A DNA stretch of 64,000 bases from an uncultured Flavobacteriaceae bacterium (GTDB taxonomy: Bacteria; Bacteroidota; Bacteroidia; Flavobacteriales; Flavobacteriaceae): assembly GCA_947500585.1 (NCBI GenBank), contig CANMSN010000008.1, positions 17,120 through 81,119 on the forward strand. Direction: 5' to 3'. The notes beneath the pieces were generated by a model, which was given only the letters and a program-made list of their open reading frames with translations, made no database searches and was not told the DNA's origin. Position numbers and translations under genes: made by a program. Shown one piece after another: positions 9,744 through 19,173 of this stretch. Within the stretch, counting starts at the first letter, position 1. Each line of letters begins with the position of its first letter.

Positions 9744-10727
9744 ATGCGAAAAATTATTTTAGCAGCATTATCATTACTATTAATAATATCTTGTAAAGAT
9801 TCTGAGAAAAAAAGAACACTTTTAGATTCTAGCGGGAAACTAAACGATGTATCGGTTGTTATTGAAAACGACATGTGGAACGGACGTGTTGGTGAAGCTA
9901 TTAGAGATGTTCTAGCATCTCCAGTTTACGGATTACCACAAGATGAACCAACGTTTAATATTAATCAAATTCCAACTAATGTTTTTTCTGGATTTATTAC
10001 AAAAAACAGAACGATTTTAAAAGTAGAAATGGGTAAAGAAGCTGCAATTTCATTCGATAATGATATTTATGCACAACCACAGAAAATAATTACTGTTTCT
10101 GGAAAAACAAAAGACGATATTATAAAATTAGTCTCAGAGAATGCTTCAAGAATTATTGAAACTTTTAAAGGCATTGAGATTTATGAAAAACAACGCCTTA
10201 TAAAAAAATCGCTTTATAATACTAAAGAGATTCAAGAAAATTTAGGTTTAAATATCAACTTCCCTACGGCTTACAGAGTTACTAATACAATAGCCAAAAA
10301 AGAAGATAAATTTTACTGGATGAAAAGAGACATTTCTACGGGCTATGTTAATATTTTACTATACGAATTGCCATTAAAATCAATAAATAGAGATTCAAGT
10401 TTAGTTACTCAGATTATAAAAATTAGAGATTCTATTGGCAAAAAATACATAGGCGGTCCGGTGGATGGTTCTTATATGATTACTGAAAACGCATATACAC
10501 CTTTTCATACTGAGACGATTTTAGATAACAAACCAACATTAGAAACAAAAGGGATGTGGGATGTTAAAAACGCAGTTATGGCAGGGCCATATATTAATTA
10601 TGCTATTGAAGATAAAATTAATAATAGATGGATTATAGCGGAAGGCTTCGCTTATGCGCCTTCTGTAGAAAAACGCAATTACATGTTTGAATTAGAAGCT
10701 ATTATCAAATCTATTGAAATAAATTAA
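9744..10727 (+). CDS. Conserved lipoprotein of unknown function (DUF4837-like, name from memory)
   Basis: Signal peptide with Cys (LLIISC); 327 aa; no catalytic motif recognised. Confidence 0.5.
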   Translation: MRKIILAALSLLLIISCKDSEKKRTLLDSSGKLNDVSVVIENDMWNGRVGEAIRDVLASPVYGLPQDEPTFNINQIPTNVFSGFITKNRTILKVEMGKEAAISFDNDIYAQPQKIITVSGKTKDDIIKLVSENASRIIETFKGIEIYEKQRLIKKSLYNTKEIQENLGLNINFPTAYRVTNTIAKKEDKFYWMKRDISTGYVNILLYELPLKSINRDSSLVTQIIKIRDSIGKKYIGGPVDGSYMITENAYTPFHTETILDNKPTLETKGMWDVKNAVMAGPYINYAIEDKINNRWIIAEGFAYAPSVEKRNYMFELEAIIKSIEIN

Positions 10728-10748
10728 AGCGTAGAAAAAATAAATCAT

Positions 10749-10778
10749 AAAAAAACCAACACAATGTGTTGGTTTTTT
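10749..10778. terminator. Bidirectional intrinsic terminator (A7-CCAACAC-aat-GTGTTGG-T6)
   Basis: Perfect 7-bp GC-containing stem flanked by an A-run and a T-run. It lies between convergent genes. Confidence 0.75.
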
Positions 10779-10798
10779 ACTTTTAAAAAGGATACTTT

Positions 10799-10978
10799 TT
10801 ATTTTTTTTCGTCTTTAGAATCTTCTTCTTTACTAGCATCTTTAAATTCTTTTATGCCACTTCCTAAACCACGCATAAGTTCTGGTATTTTTTTTCCTCC
10901 AAATATTAATAAAATAACAACAGCTATTAAAACTATTTGTGGCCAGCCTATCATTAAGGGTATTATATGTAAACTCAT
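10799..10978 (-). CDS. tatA: Twin-arginine translocase subunit TatA/E
   Basis: Hydrophobic helix followed by FGGKKIPELMRGLGSGIKEFK. The start at 10978 is chosen because a -7 box overlaps the upstream Met at 10999. Confidence 0.85.
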   Translation of the reverse strand: MSLHIIPLMIGWPQIVLIAVVILLIFGGKKIPELMRGLGSGIKEFKDASKEEDSKDEKK

Positions 10979-10996
10979 AATATTTATTTTAAAAGA

Positions 10997-11004
10997 CAAA
11001 GTTA
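10997..11004 (-). promoter_or_regulatory. Candidate -7 box (TAACTTTG on the minus strand) for tatA
   Basis: Reverse complement of CAAAGTTA; 18 nt upstream of the ATG at 10978. Confidence 0.4.
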
Positions 11005-11079
11005 ATAATTAATGTTTAATAAAATCGTTTTAAAACAAACTTTAGTATTAGTAAAAACAAGTCTTGCAATAATTTTATT

Positions 11080-11087
11080 TATTTTTG
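11080..11087 (+). promoter_or_regulatory. Candidate -7 box (TATTTTTG) for the M23-S9-GH3 operon
   Basis: TAnnTTTG match only 7 nt before the ATG at 11095, implying a very short leader or none. Confidence 0.35.
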
Positions 11088-11094
11088 TTTAACA

Positions 11095-11964
11095 ATGAAA
11101 GAAACTAAAAAGAAGCCAAAAAAAATAAAAAACAAACTGCTCGATAGGTATAAACTAATTATACTTAACGAAAACACGTTTGAGGAACGCTTATCTTTTA
11201 AGCTTACGCGTTTAAATGTTTTTGTATTGTTTTCTTTATCAGCAATTTTTTTAATTGCAATTACCTATGCTATAATTGCATTTACTCCACTTAGGGAATA
11301 TATACCAGGATATTCATCTACAGCATTGAAAATGAAAGCTACAGAATTAAATTATAAAACAGATTCTTTACAACGTGTTATTGCCATGAATGATAGGTAT
11401 TATGCATCTATAAAGCAGGTATTAAAAGGAGATGTAAGCGCTTTAGATTTTAATAAGGACTCTATTATTGAAGCGGTTAAATTGGAGGCAAGTGAAGTAG
11501 ATTTAAACCCTACACCTGAAGATTCTTTATTAAGAGAAAAAGTAGATAAAGAAGACAAATATAATCTGTTTGAATCTGCAACATCAGCAACAAACTTTGT
11601 ATTATTTCCTCCAGTTAATGGCACTATTAGTGAAGTATACAATGCAAAAGAAAAGCATTATGCTGTAGATATTGCTGTTGTAAAAGATACGCCTGTAAAA
11701 GCGACTGCTGATGGTATCGTTATTTTTTCTGAATGGACAGCAAACACAGGGAATGTTATAATTTTAGAACATAGTTACGGTCTTATTTCCGTTTATAAAC
11801 ATAATGCAGCGTTAACAAAATCTCAAGGCGATTTGGTAAAAGCTGGTGAAGTTATAGCTACCGCTGGAAATACTGGAGAACTCTCAACAGGACCCCATTT
11901 ACATTTCGAACTTTGGAATGATGGTTATCCTATTAATCCAACAAACTTTATAGATTTTAAATGA
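11095..11964 (+). CDS. M23 family metallopeptidase (LytM-type), membrane anchored
   Basis: N-terminal TM segment, with HYAVDIA and GPHLHFELW zinc-site motifs. Confidence 0.85.
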   Translation: MKETKKKPKKIKNKLLDRYKLIILNENTFEERLSFKLTRLNVFVLFSLSAIFLIAITYAIIAFTPLREYIPGYSSTALKMKATELNYKTDSLQRVIAMNDRYYASIKQVLKGDVSALDFNKDSIIEAVKLEASEVDLNPTPEDSLLREKVDKEDKYNLFESATSATNFVLFPPVNGTISEVYNAKEKHYAVDIAVVKDTPVKATADGIVIFSEWTANTGNVIILEHSYGLISVYKHNAALTKSQGDLVKAGEVIATAGNTGELSTGPHLHFELWNDGYPINPTNFIDFK

Positions 11965-12866
11965 AAATAGTTTACGGTAAAACGTTTTTAGTGTCTGCTA
12001 TTTTTGTGTTAGTTTTTGTTGTTACTTCTTGTAATAAGAAAAAAACAGAAACGTTTCATAAAGATATAATCTATCAGCAACTTTTAAATAAATCAGAATA
12101 TTTCAATGATGATAGCATTGATTTTTTCAAGATTAGATATAATTCCGAAGGTTTAAAAATTGAAGGGTTCATAGCTAAACCAAATCAATTAGAATCGCCA
12201 AAACTACCAGCAATAATTTTTTGTAGAGGCGGAAATCAAAGTTATGGTATGCTAAACCCCTTTCAGCTAAAAATGATAAATGATTTGAGTTTAAATGGGT
12301 TTGTAGTTTTAGCATCTCAATTAAGGGGAAATATGTCTAGTGAAGGCGTTGATGAATTCGGAGGAAAAGACATAAATGATATTTTAAAACTTATAGATAT
12401 AGCTAAAAATTTAGATTTTGTAGATGAAAATAATATTCATGTTTTAGGATACTCCAGAGGAGGAATGAATACTTATCAAGTGTCTAAATTAACAGATGAT
12501 ATTAATAGTATTGCAGTTGTAGGAGCGCCAACAGATAAATTTAAATCTATTAAATTTAGAGAAAACATGTATTACAGTGTTTATAAACCTTTATTTGGCG
12601 ATACGATCAGTAATAGAGATGAATATGTAAAACGATCTCCAATATATTGGCACGATAAAATAAATGAACCCTTGCTAATTCTTCATGGAACAGATGATAA
12701 TAGGGTTGCTGTAGAAGAGGCAAAACAACTTATAGATTCTTTAAACGCTTCAAATAGAAAAAATTTTAAGTTTAATATATTTGAGGGAGGAAACCATCCG
12801 TTATCAAACTTTACGAATAAAAGAGATAGTTTAATTATTAACTGGTTTAAAATACATTCTAAATAA
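11961..12866 (+). CDS. Alpha/beta hydrolase, S9 prolyl-oligopeptidase/dienelactone-hydrolase-like lipoprotein
   Basis: Ser-Asp-His motifs occur in the expected order: nucleophile elbow GYSRGG, LHGTDDNRV, GGNHPL. Signal peptide with Cys (VVTSC). ATGA overlap with the M23 gene. Confidence 0.75.
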   Translation: MKIVYGKTFLVSAIFVLVFVVTSCNKKKTETFHKDIIYQQLLNKSEYFNDDSIDFFKIRYNSEGLKIEGFIAKPNQLESPKLPAIIFCRGGNQSYGMLNPFQLKMINDLSLNGFVVLASQLRGNMSSEGVDEFGGKDINDILKLIDIAKNLDFVDENNIHVLGYSRGGMNTYQVSKLTDDINSIAVVGAPTDKFKSIKFRENMYYSVYKPLFGDTISNRDEYVKRSPIYWHDKINEPLLILHGTDDNRVAVEEAKQLIDSLNASNRKNFKFNIFEGGNHPLSNFTNKRDSLIINWFKIHSK

Positions 12867-14360
12867 ATGCTGTCATTAAAGTCTGCTCTTGCAAAACCTT
12901 TTGCAAAACGTATTTATAAAAGGGTTCAAAAGTGGGCAAATAATCCTTTTGAAACTCAAGAAAAGGTATTTCAAGATTTAATTGCTACTGCCACCAATAC
13001 GGTGTTTGGAAAAGATCACGATTTTATAAGCATAAATTCTTATGAAGATTTTGTAAAACGAGTTCCCATTAGAGATTATGAAGATTTAAAACCTTATGTG
13101 GAACGTGTTGTGGCAGGAGAAGAAAATATCCTTTGGAAAGGAAAACCCATTTATTTTGCAAAAACATCAGGGACTACTTCGGGGTCAAAATACATTCCTA
13201 TTACTAAAGAAAGTATGCCAACGCACGTGGAGGCAGCTCGAAATGCCATATTACTTTATATTCATGAAACAGGGAACGCCAAATTTGTTGATGGAAAAAT
13301 GATTTTTCTTCAAGGAAGCCCAATTATGAAGGAACAAAATGGCATTCAATTAGGTCGACTATCAGGTATTGTGGCGCATTATGTTCCTAAATATCTTCAA
13401 AAAAACAGATTGCCCTCTTGGAAAACGAATTGTATTGAAGATTGGGAAACTAAAGTTGATGCTATCGTTGAAGAAACATTACCTGAGAATATGACCGTTA
13501 TTTCCGGAATTCCGTCATGGGTACAAATGTATTTTGAAAAACTTCAACAAAAAACAGGAAAGAAAGTTGGCGATATTTTTAAAAATTTCAACCTGTTTAT
13601 TTTTGGCGGTGTAAACTATGAACCATATCGTGCTAAATTTGAAAACTTAATTGGCAGAAAAGTAGATAGTATCGAATTATATCCAGCTAGCGAAGGGTTT
13701 TTTGCTTTTCAAGATAAACAAAACGAAAAAGGCATGTTGCTTCAGCTAAACTCAGGTATATTTTATGAGTTTATTAAAGCAGATGAATTTTTTAATGATA
13801 AGCCAAAACGTATCACAATTAAAGAGGTTAAAGTTGGAGTAAATTATGTTATGATAATTTCAACAAACGCAGGGCTTTGGGGCTATAATATTGGTGATAC
13901 GGTTCAATTTACTTCAACAAAACCATATCGCGTTATTGTTTCTGGGCGTATTAAGCATTTTATTTCTGCTTTTGGCGAGCATGTTATAGGTAAGGAAGTA
14001 GAACAGGCCATGCAAGAAGCAACACAGGGTTCTGAAGTACGTGTTTCTGAGTTTACGGTAGCGCCTCAAATTAATCCTTCAGAAGGACTACCCTATCATG
14101 AATGGTTTATTGAATTTGAAAATGAACCAGATAATCTTTCTGCTTTAGCAAAAAAACTTGATCAATCACTTCAAAAGCAAAACAGCTATTATTTCGATTT
14201 GATAAAGGGTAAAGTTTTGCAGCCTTTGAAAATCACCAAAGTAAAAAAAGAAGGATTTCAAAACTACATGAAATCTGTTGGAAAATTAGGCGGACAAAAT
14301 AAGATTCCGAGGTTGTCAAATGACAGAAAAATTGTTGATACTTTTTCTCACACAAATTAG
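12867..14360 (+). CDS. GH3 (auxin-responsive promoter) family adenylate-forming enzyme
   Basis: Has the FAKTSGTTSGSKYIPIT adenylation motif and the length (497 aa) and overall pattern of bacterial GH3 proteins. Confidence 0.85.
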   Translation: MLSLKSALAKPFAKRIYKRVQKWANNPFETQEKVFQDLIATATNTVFGKDHDFISINSYEDFVKRVPIRDYEDLKPYVERVVAGEENILWKGKPIYFAKTSGTTSGSKYIPITKESMPTHVEAARNAILLYIHETGNAKFVDGKMIFLQGSPIMKEQNGIQLGRLSGIVAHYVPKYLQKNRLPSWKTNCIEDWETKVDAIVEETLPENMTVISGIPSWVQMYFEKLQQKTGKKVGDIFKNFNLFIFGGVNYEPYRAKFENLIGRKVDSIELYPASEGFFAFQDKQNEKGMLLQLNSGIFYEFIKADEFFNDKPKRITIKEVKVGVNYVMIISTNAGLWGYNIGDTVQFTSTKPYRVIVSGRIKHFISAFGEHVIGKEVEQAMQEATQGSEVRVSEFTVAPQINPSEGLPYHEWFIEFENEPDNLSALAKKLDQSLQKQNSYYFDLIKGKVLQPLKITKVKKEGFQNYMKSVGKLGGQNKIPRLSNDRKIVDTFSHTN

Positions 14361-14372
14361 CACAAATAATGC

Positions 14373-14380
14373 TATCTTTG
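14373..14380 (+). promoter_or_regulatory. Candidate -7 box (TATCTTTG) ahead of the 562-aa ORF / wzz-like / rfb genes
   Basis: TAnnTTTG match 19 nt upstream of the ATG at 14400. Confidence 0.45.
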
Positions 14381-14399
14381 GCACAACCAAATTAAATTA

Positions 14400-16088
14400 A
14401 TGAGTAGTAAAAAACACCTAGGAAGAACTAGAGCTCAAGAGAGCTCAAACGCGATTGAACGAATGTATATTACTATGCGCCATTTGTTTAACAGAGGCTT
14501 TTATAAGCCTATGGGTATTTCGGGTGAAACCTTGCGCAATGCATTGCTTTTATTGCGTCCAGAAATTTATGGTTCCATAGGCGAAGAAAAAGCCGAATTA
14601 GAAGGCTTGCTTTATGTTGTTGATAGATTGCCTCAAGGAATTGAAGAGTGTAGTTTTATAAACTTAACAAGTGATGAAGGCTATTCGAATTCACACTTTA
14701 AACCTATCATTCCAGAAAAAAGACGGCGCAATTGTTATAGAATTGATGATGAGCAAATGAACATAGAGATTACTCGTGGACGCTCAGAAATCTATGATAT
14801 TTTAACGCACCTTACTTTTCTTTTTGTTGAGTCTCATAAAATCAGTAATCGCGTCATTATTAATGAAGAAGGTGTAACTACTCGAGATTGGATAAAGCTT
14901 GAAAAAGCAGTATTATCTAAAAAGAAATTAACTCAAGAAGAGCGGGAGGTTGCTATAACACATACGGCAAATATTTTAGGAAGAACGTTTAATGAGTTAA
15001 CAAGTGTTTATAAAGAATTTGCAACTCCCACTCAGCCAGAACGTCTGTTACACATTGTGTATTGGTTAGGAAAACTTGCCATTGAAGAGCAATTAAATAA
15101 TAACAAAAGAACAGTAACCTTTAGCCCTGTATTAAGGGAGCGTATTGGGCACCATATCCATGGTGAAATTTGGGCAAATACAATAAAAGAAACGTTGCTC
15201 AAAAATAATTTATTAGGAAGGCCAATTCATATTATAAGTGCTAATATGCATAGTGTAATGAATACGCTTTTTACTCCAAATGCATTAAAAACTATTGTTT
15301 CTAAGAAAGATATATTTGAAGTATATGCTTCTTTAAGTAATAAGGATAATAATGATCTTCGCAATAAAGTAACTAAAGAAGCGTTGCAAAAAGGGATGTT
15401 GTATGTTAAAGATACATCTGGAGCTAATATTGATGTTCAGATTTTTGACACCAGTAAATTAGATGTTTCAAAAGTGGACATTAAAGCCAATAAAACGCTT
15501 TTAGAACAAAAAAAGCCTGTTATTTTAGTTATGGATTATGCTTTTGGAGAGCAGGCTTACGAAACTATAGATGAATTATTAAAGCCTTATGGTGAAAAGA
15601 AGAAAAAAATTCATTTAAATGTGGAGTCTATTTCAATAATGGGAAAAGCAGGAATTTTAGAAGGAGGCAAAGGCGATATAATGATTCCTTCTGCACATAT
15701 TTTTGAAGGAACAGCCGATAATTATCCTTTTGAAAATGAATTAAAAAGGGAAGATTTAGAAGGACAAGGCGTTGCTATTTATGAAGGTTCTATGATTACG
15801 GTTTTAGGAACCTCATTACAAAATAAAGATATTTTGAAATTCTTTTATAACTCTACTTGGAATGTCATTGGATTAGAAATGGAAGGTGCACATTACCAAA
15901 AAGCCATACAAGCAGCATCAAAAGTGAGAGGGAGCATAAGCCCAGATGTAAAAGTAAGATATGCGTATTATGCAAGTGATAACCCTTTGGAAACCGGAGC
16001 TACATTGGCATCAGGTGGTTTAGGGACATCTGGTGTAAGACCAACATATTTAATAACAAGAACCATACTAGAACAAATATTAAATTAA
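14400..16088 (+). CDS. Uncharacterised conserved protein; the C-terminal ~190 aa resemble the nucleoside phosphorylase/AMP-nucleosidase (PNP_UDP) superfamily
   Basis: Long clean ORF. The C-terminal motifs occur in this order: VILVMDYAFGEQA, IMGKAGIL..GDIMIPSAHI, MITVLGTS, VIGLEMEGAHYQKA. The fold assignment is an inference, not a search result. Confidence 0.45.
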   Translation: MSSKKHLGRTRAQESSNAIERMYITMRHLFNRGFYKPMGISGETLRNALLLLRPEIYGSIGEEKAELEGLLYVVDRLPQGIEECSFINLTSDEGYSNSHFKPIIPEKRRRNCYRIDDEQMNIEITRGRSEIYDILTHLTFLFVESHKISNRVIINEEGVTTRDWIKLEKAVLSKKKLTQEEREVAITHTANILGRTFNELTSVYKEFATPTQPERLLHIVYWLGKLAIEEQLNNNKRTVTFSPVLRERIGHHIHGEIWANTIKETLLKNNLLGRPIHIISANMHSVMNTLFTPNALKTIVSKKDIFEVYASLSNKDNNDLRNKVTKEALQKGMLYVKDTSGANIDVQIFDTSKLDVSKVDIKANKTLLEQKKPVILVMDYAFGEQAYETIDELLKPYGEKKKKIHLNVESISIMGKAGILEGGKGDIMIPSAHIFEGTADNYPFENELKREDLEGQGVAIYEGSMITVLGTSLQNKDILKFFYNSTWNVIGLEMEGAHYQKAIQAASKVRGSISPDVKVRYAYYASDNPLETGATLASGGLGTSGVRPTYLITRTILEQILN

Positions 16089-16092
16089 AATT

Positions 16093-17163
16093 ATGAGTAA
16101 AGATTTACCACAACCTCAACCATCCGAAGAGGTAGATTTAGGACAATTGTTTAAGCTTATTGGAAATGCATTTAGTCGTTTCTTTAACTTTATTGGTAGT
16201 ATTTTTAATAAGTTTTTTTTAGCTTTTGTTTGGTTAGTATTTTTTATGAAAAAGCACCTCATTAAGCTTATAATTGCAGGCGTTGTTGGCTTAGGTTATG
16301 GTATTTTTAAGGAAAGGACATCAGATCCTGTATATAAATCGTATGTAACAATTAAACAAAATTATGACACAGGAGAAAATTTATATAACTCGATCAGCTA
16401 TTATAATGATTTAGTAAATCAAGGAGATTATAAAACCTTGAAAACCGTATTAGACTTTGAAGCTGATGAAGCTTTATCTATTCTAAGTTTTAGTATTGAG
16501 CCTGTGGTTAGCGAAAATCAGCAACTGCAAGCGTTTGATAAATATATTAAAACACTGGACTCGTTAGCAGCCTCAAAAATAGAGTATGAGACATTTTTAA
16601 AAAACAATAAGGATTATACTCATGAATTTCAACAAATAACAATAAAAGCCAAGGCAAGAAAGAGTTTTAAGGTAGTTTTTGATAATATTGTTAAAAATAT
16701 AGAGTCTAATGATTATTTTAGAAGACAGCAAAAAAAGGATGTCATTGAATTAAAAAGTAAGGAACAAGCTTTGAAAGAAGCTCTAGTGAAATCCGATTCT
16801 TTACAGAACACTTATAAGAGAGTATTAGAAAAGAATTTAGAAGGGAAGAGTTCTGAAATAGGAATTACTTTTGAAGGGAATAATGATAAAGATAAAACTA
16901 AAGAATACGATTTATATTTAAACGATTTAGAAATAAAAAGAGAATTGGTTGAGATTGAAAGAGAGATAGCTGATAAAGAACTTCTAGTTGAAATTCTCTC
17001 AAGCAAGCAAGAAAGTGGCTCCGTAGATAATCGAAAGGTTTTCTTAGGAATATCGCTTAGTCCTAAATTGTATTATGGTTTTATTTTAACATCTTTAACA
17101 TTTATGGTTTTATTTGGCTTACGTGCTATTAAATTTTTAGAAGGGTATAAAAGTAAAATTTAA
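16093..17163 (+). CDS. Wzz-like polysaccharide co-polymerase (chain-length determinant) without a kinase domain
   Basis: N-terminal TM followed by DPVYKSYVTI. There is a long coiled-coil middle section. The C-terminal SLSPKLYYGF motif is followed by a final TM. The gene sits 4 nt after the upstream ORF and 3 nt before rfbB. Confidence 0.55.
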   Translation: MSKDLPQPQPSEEVDLGQLFKLIGNAFSRFFNFIGSIFNKFFLAFVWLVFFMKKHLIKLIIAGVVGLGYGIFKERTSDPVYKSYVTIKQNYDTGENLYNSISYYNDLVNQGDYKTLKTVLDFEADEALSILSFSIEPVVSENQQLQAFDKYIKTLDSLAASKIEYETFLKNNKDYTHEFQQITIKAKARKSFKVVFDNIVKNIESNDYFRRQQKKDVIELKSKEQALKEALVKSDSLQNTYKRVLEKNLEGKSSEIGITFEGNNDKDKTKEYDLYLNDLEIKRELVEIEREIADKELLVEILSSKQESGSVDNRKVFLGISLSPKLYYGFILTSLTFMVLFGLRAIKFLEGYKSKI

Positions 17164-17166
17164 GAA

Positions 17167-18219
17167 ATGACCATTTTAATAACTGGAGGAGCGGGTTTTA
17201 TAGGCTCACATGTTGTAAGACTTTTTGTAAATAAATATAAAAATTATAAAATCTGTAATTTAGATTTATTGACTTATGCTGGAAATCTTGAAAACTTAAA
17301 AGATATTGAGAATGAACCTAATTATCATTTTATAAAAGGAGATATAAATGACAGCGACTTTATTAATAATCTTTTTAAAACTTATCAGTTTGATGCTGTC
17401 ATTCATTTAGCAGCAGAATCTCATGTAGATAGATCTATAGAAGACCCTTTATCTTTTGTTAAAACAAATGTTTTTGGGACAGTTAATTTGTTAAATGCTG
17501 CAAAAAAAATATGGAAAGAAGATTTTGAAAGAAAACTTTTTTACCATATTAGCACAGATGAGGTTTATGGTACACTTGGAGAAACAGGGCTGTTTACTGA
17601 AACAACATCTTACGATCCAAATTCGCCATATTCTGCATCAAAGGCAAGTTCAGATCATTTTGTTCGCGCATACGGAGAAACTTATGGTATGCCTTACATA
17701 ATTTCAAACTGCTCAAATAATTATGGTCAAAATCAGTTTCCAGAAAAATTAATTCCATTATTCATTAACAATATAATTAATAATAAACCTTTGCCAGTTT
17801 ATGGTGATGGAAATTATACAAGAGATTGGCTATATGTTATAGATCATGCAATCGCTATTGAGTTGATATTTTGTAGTGGAAAAACAGGAGAAACATATAA
17901 TATTGGAGGCTTTAATGAATGGAAAAATATTGATTTAGTTAAGCTGCTTTGCGAACAAATGGACAGTAAATTAAATAGAAGTATTGGAACATCAAAAAAA
18001 TTGATTACTTACGTTAAAGACCGCCCAGGACATGATTTAAGATATGCTATAGACGCCTCAAAAATAAAAAATGAATTAGGCTGGGAGCCTTCTGTTACTT
18101 TTGAGGAAGGGCTAAAGAAAACAATAGATTGGTATTTAAATAATGAAGATTGGCTAAGTAATGTTACAACTGGTACTTATCAAGCATATTATGAAAAACA
18201 ATATAATAACTCCAAATGA
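17167..18219 (+). CDS. rfbB: dTDP-glucose 4,6-dehydratase
   Basis: Has GGAGFIGSH and the YSASKASSDH Y-x3-K motif; 350 aa. Confidence 0.95.
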   Translation: MTILITGGAGFIGSHVVRLFVNKYKNYKICNLDLLTYAGNLENLKDIENEPNYHFIKGDINDSDFINNLFKTYQFDAVIHLAAESHVDRSIEDPLSFVKTNVFGTVNLLNAAKKIWKEDFERKLFYHISTDEVYGTLGETGLFTETTSYDPNSPYSASKASSDHFVRAYGETYGMPYIISNCSNNYGQNQFPEKLIPLFINNIINNKPLPVYGDGNYTRDWLYVIDHAIAIELIFCSGKTGETYNIGGFNEWKNIDLVKLLCEQMDSKLNRSIGTSKKLITYVKDRPGHDLRYAIDASKIKNELGWEPSVTFEEGLKKTIDWYLNNEDWLSNVTTGTYQAYYEKQYNNSK

Positions 18220-18306
18220 AACATCCATGATTATAAATTTAGACATGGAAAAGAATGATTATATGGATGTTACATGTGACCTTTTCAAAACAATAAAAAC
18301 GAACAC

Positions 18307-19173
18307 ATGAAAGGTATTATTCTAGCTGGTGGCTCTGGAACACGATTACATCCTTTAACATTATCTGTAAGTAAGCAACTCATGCCTATTTACGATAAGC
18401 CGATGATATATTATCCGCTTTCTACATTAATATACGCAGGAATCAATGAAGTTTTAATCATTTCAACACCAAAAGACTTACCGTTATTTAAAGATTTATT
18501 AGGAGATGGAGAAAAATATGGATGCAAATTTGAATATGCGGTTCAGCAAGAACCAAACGGGTTAGCGGAGGCTTTCATTATCGGTGAGGAATTTATTGGA
18601 AATGATAAGGTGGCTTTGATCTTAGGCGATAATATTTTTTATGGTACTGGTTTAGCAAAACTTCTTCAAGCAAATAATAATCCTGATGGAGGTATTATAT
18701 ATGCCTACAGAGTTCATGACCCAGAACGATATGGCGTGGTTGAATTCAATGAAGAAGGGAAGGCCATTTCAATTGAAGAAAAGCCAGAAAGTCCAAAATC
18801 TAATTATGCGGTACCAGGTATTTATTTTTATGATAATACAATAGTTAATGTTGCAAAAAATATAAAACCAAGCCATAGAGGAGAATTGGAAATCACGGAT
18901 GTAAATAGAGTGTATTTAAAACAAGGTAAACTAAATGTAAGTATACTTGATAGAGGAACGGCTTGGTTGGATACAGGAACGTTTCAATCGTTAATGCAAG
19001 CCTCTCAATTTGTTGAGGTAATTGAGGAACGACAAGGACTTAAAATTGGAGCGATTGAAGCTGCAGCTTTTGAAATGGGTTATATTACTAAAACGCAATT
19101 TAAAGATTTAGCTAAGCCTTTACTTAAAAGTGGCTATGGAAAAAATTTGTTGGGACTTTTGAACAAAAATTAA
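18307..19173 (+). CDS. rfbA: Glucose-1-phosphate thymidylyltransferase
   Basis: Has the [16 protein letters not shown] motif; 288 aa. Confidence 0.95.
   Translation: MKGIILAGGSGTRLHPLTLSVSKQLMPIYDKPMIYYPLSTLIYAGINEVLIISTPKDLPLFKDLLGDGEKYGCKFEYAVQQEPNGLAEAFIIGEEFIGNDKVALILGDNIFYGTGLAKLLQANNNPDGGIIYAYRVHDPERYGVVEFNEEGKAISIEEKPESPKSNYAVPGIYFYDNTIVNVAKNIKPSHRGELEITDVNRVYLKQGKLNVSILDRGTAWLDTGTFQSLMQASQFVEVIEERQGLKIGAIEAAAFEMGYITKTQFKDLAKPLLKSGYGKNLLGLLNKN

Noticed and set aside
10764-11012. 82-aa plus-strand ORF opposite tatA
   Set aside because: It is the antisense shadow of a clearly recognisable TatA gene. It starts inside the terminator hairpin and has no recognisable features.
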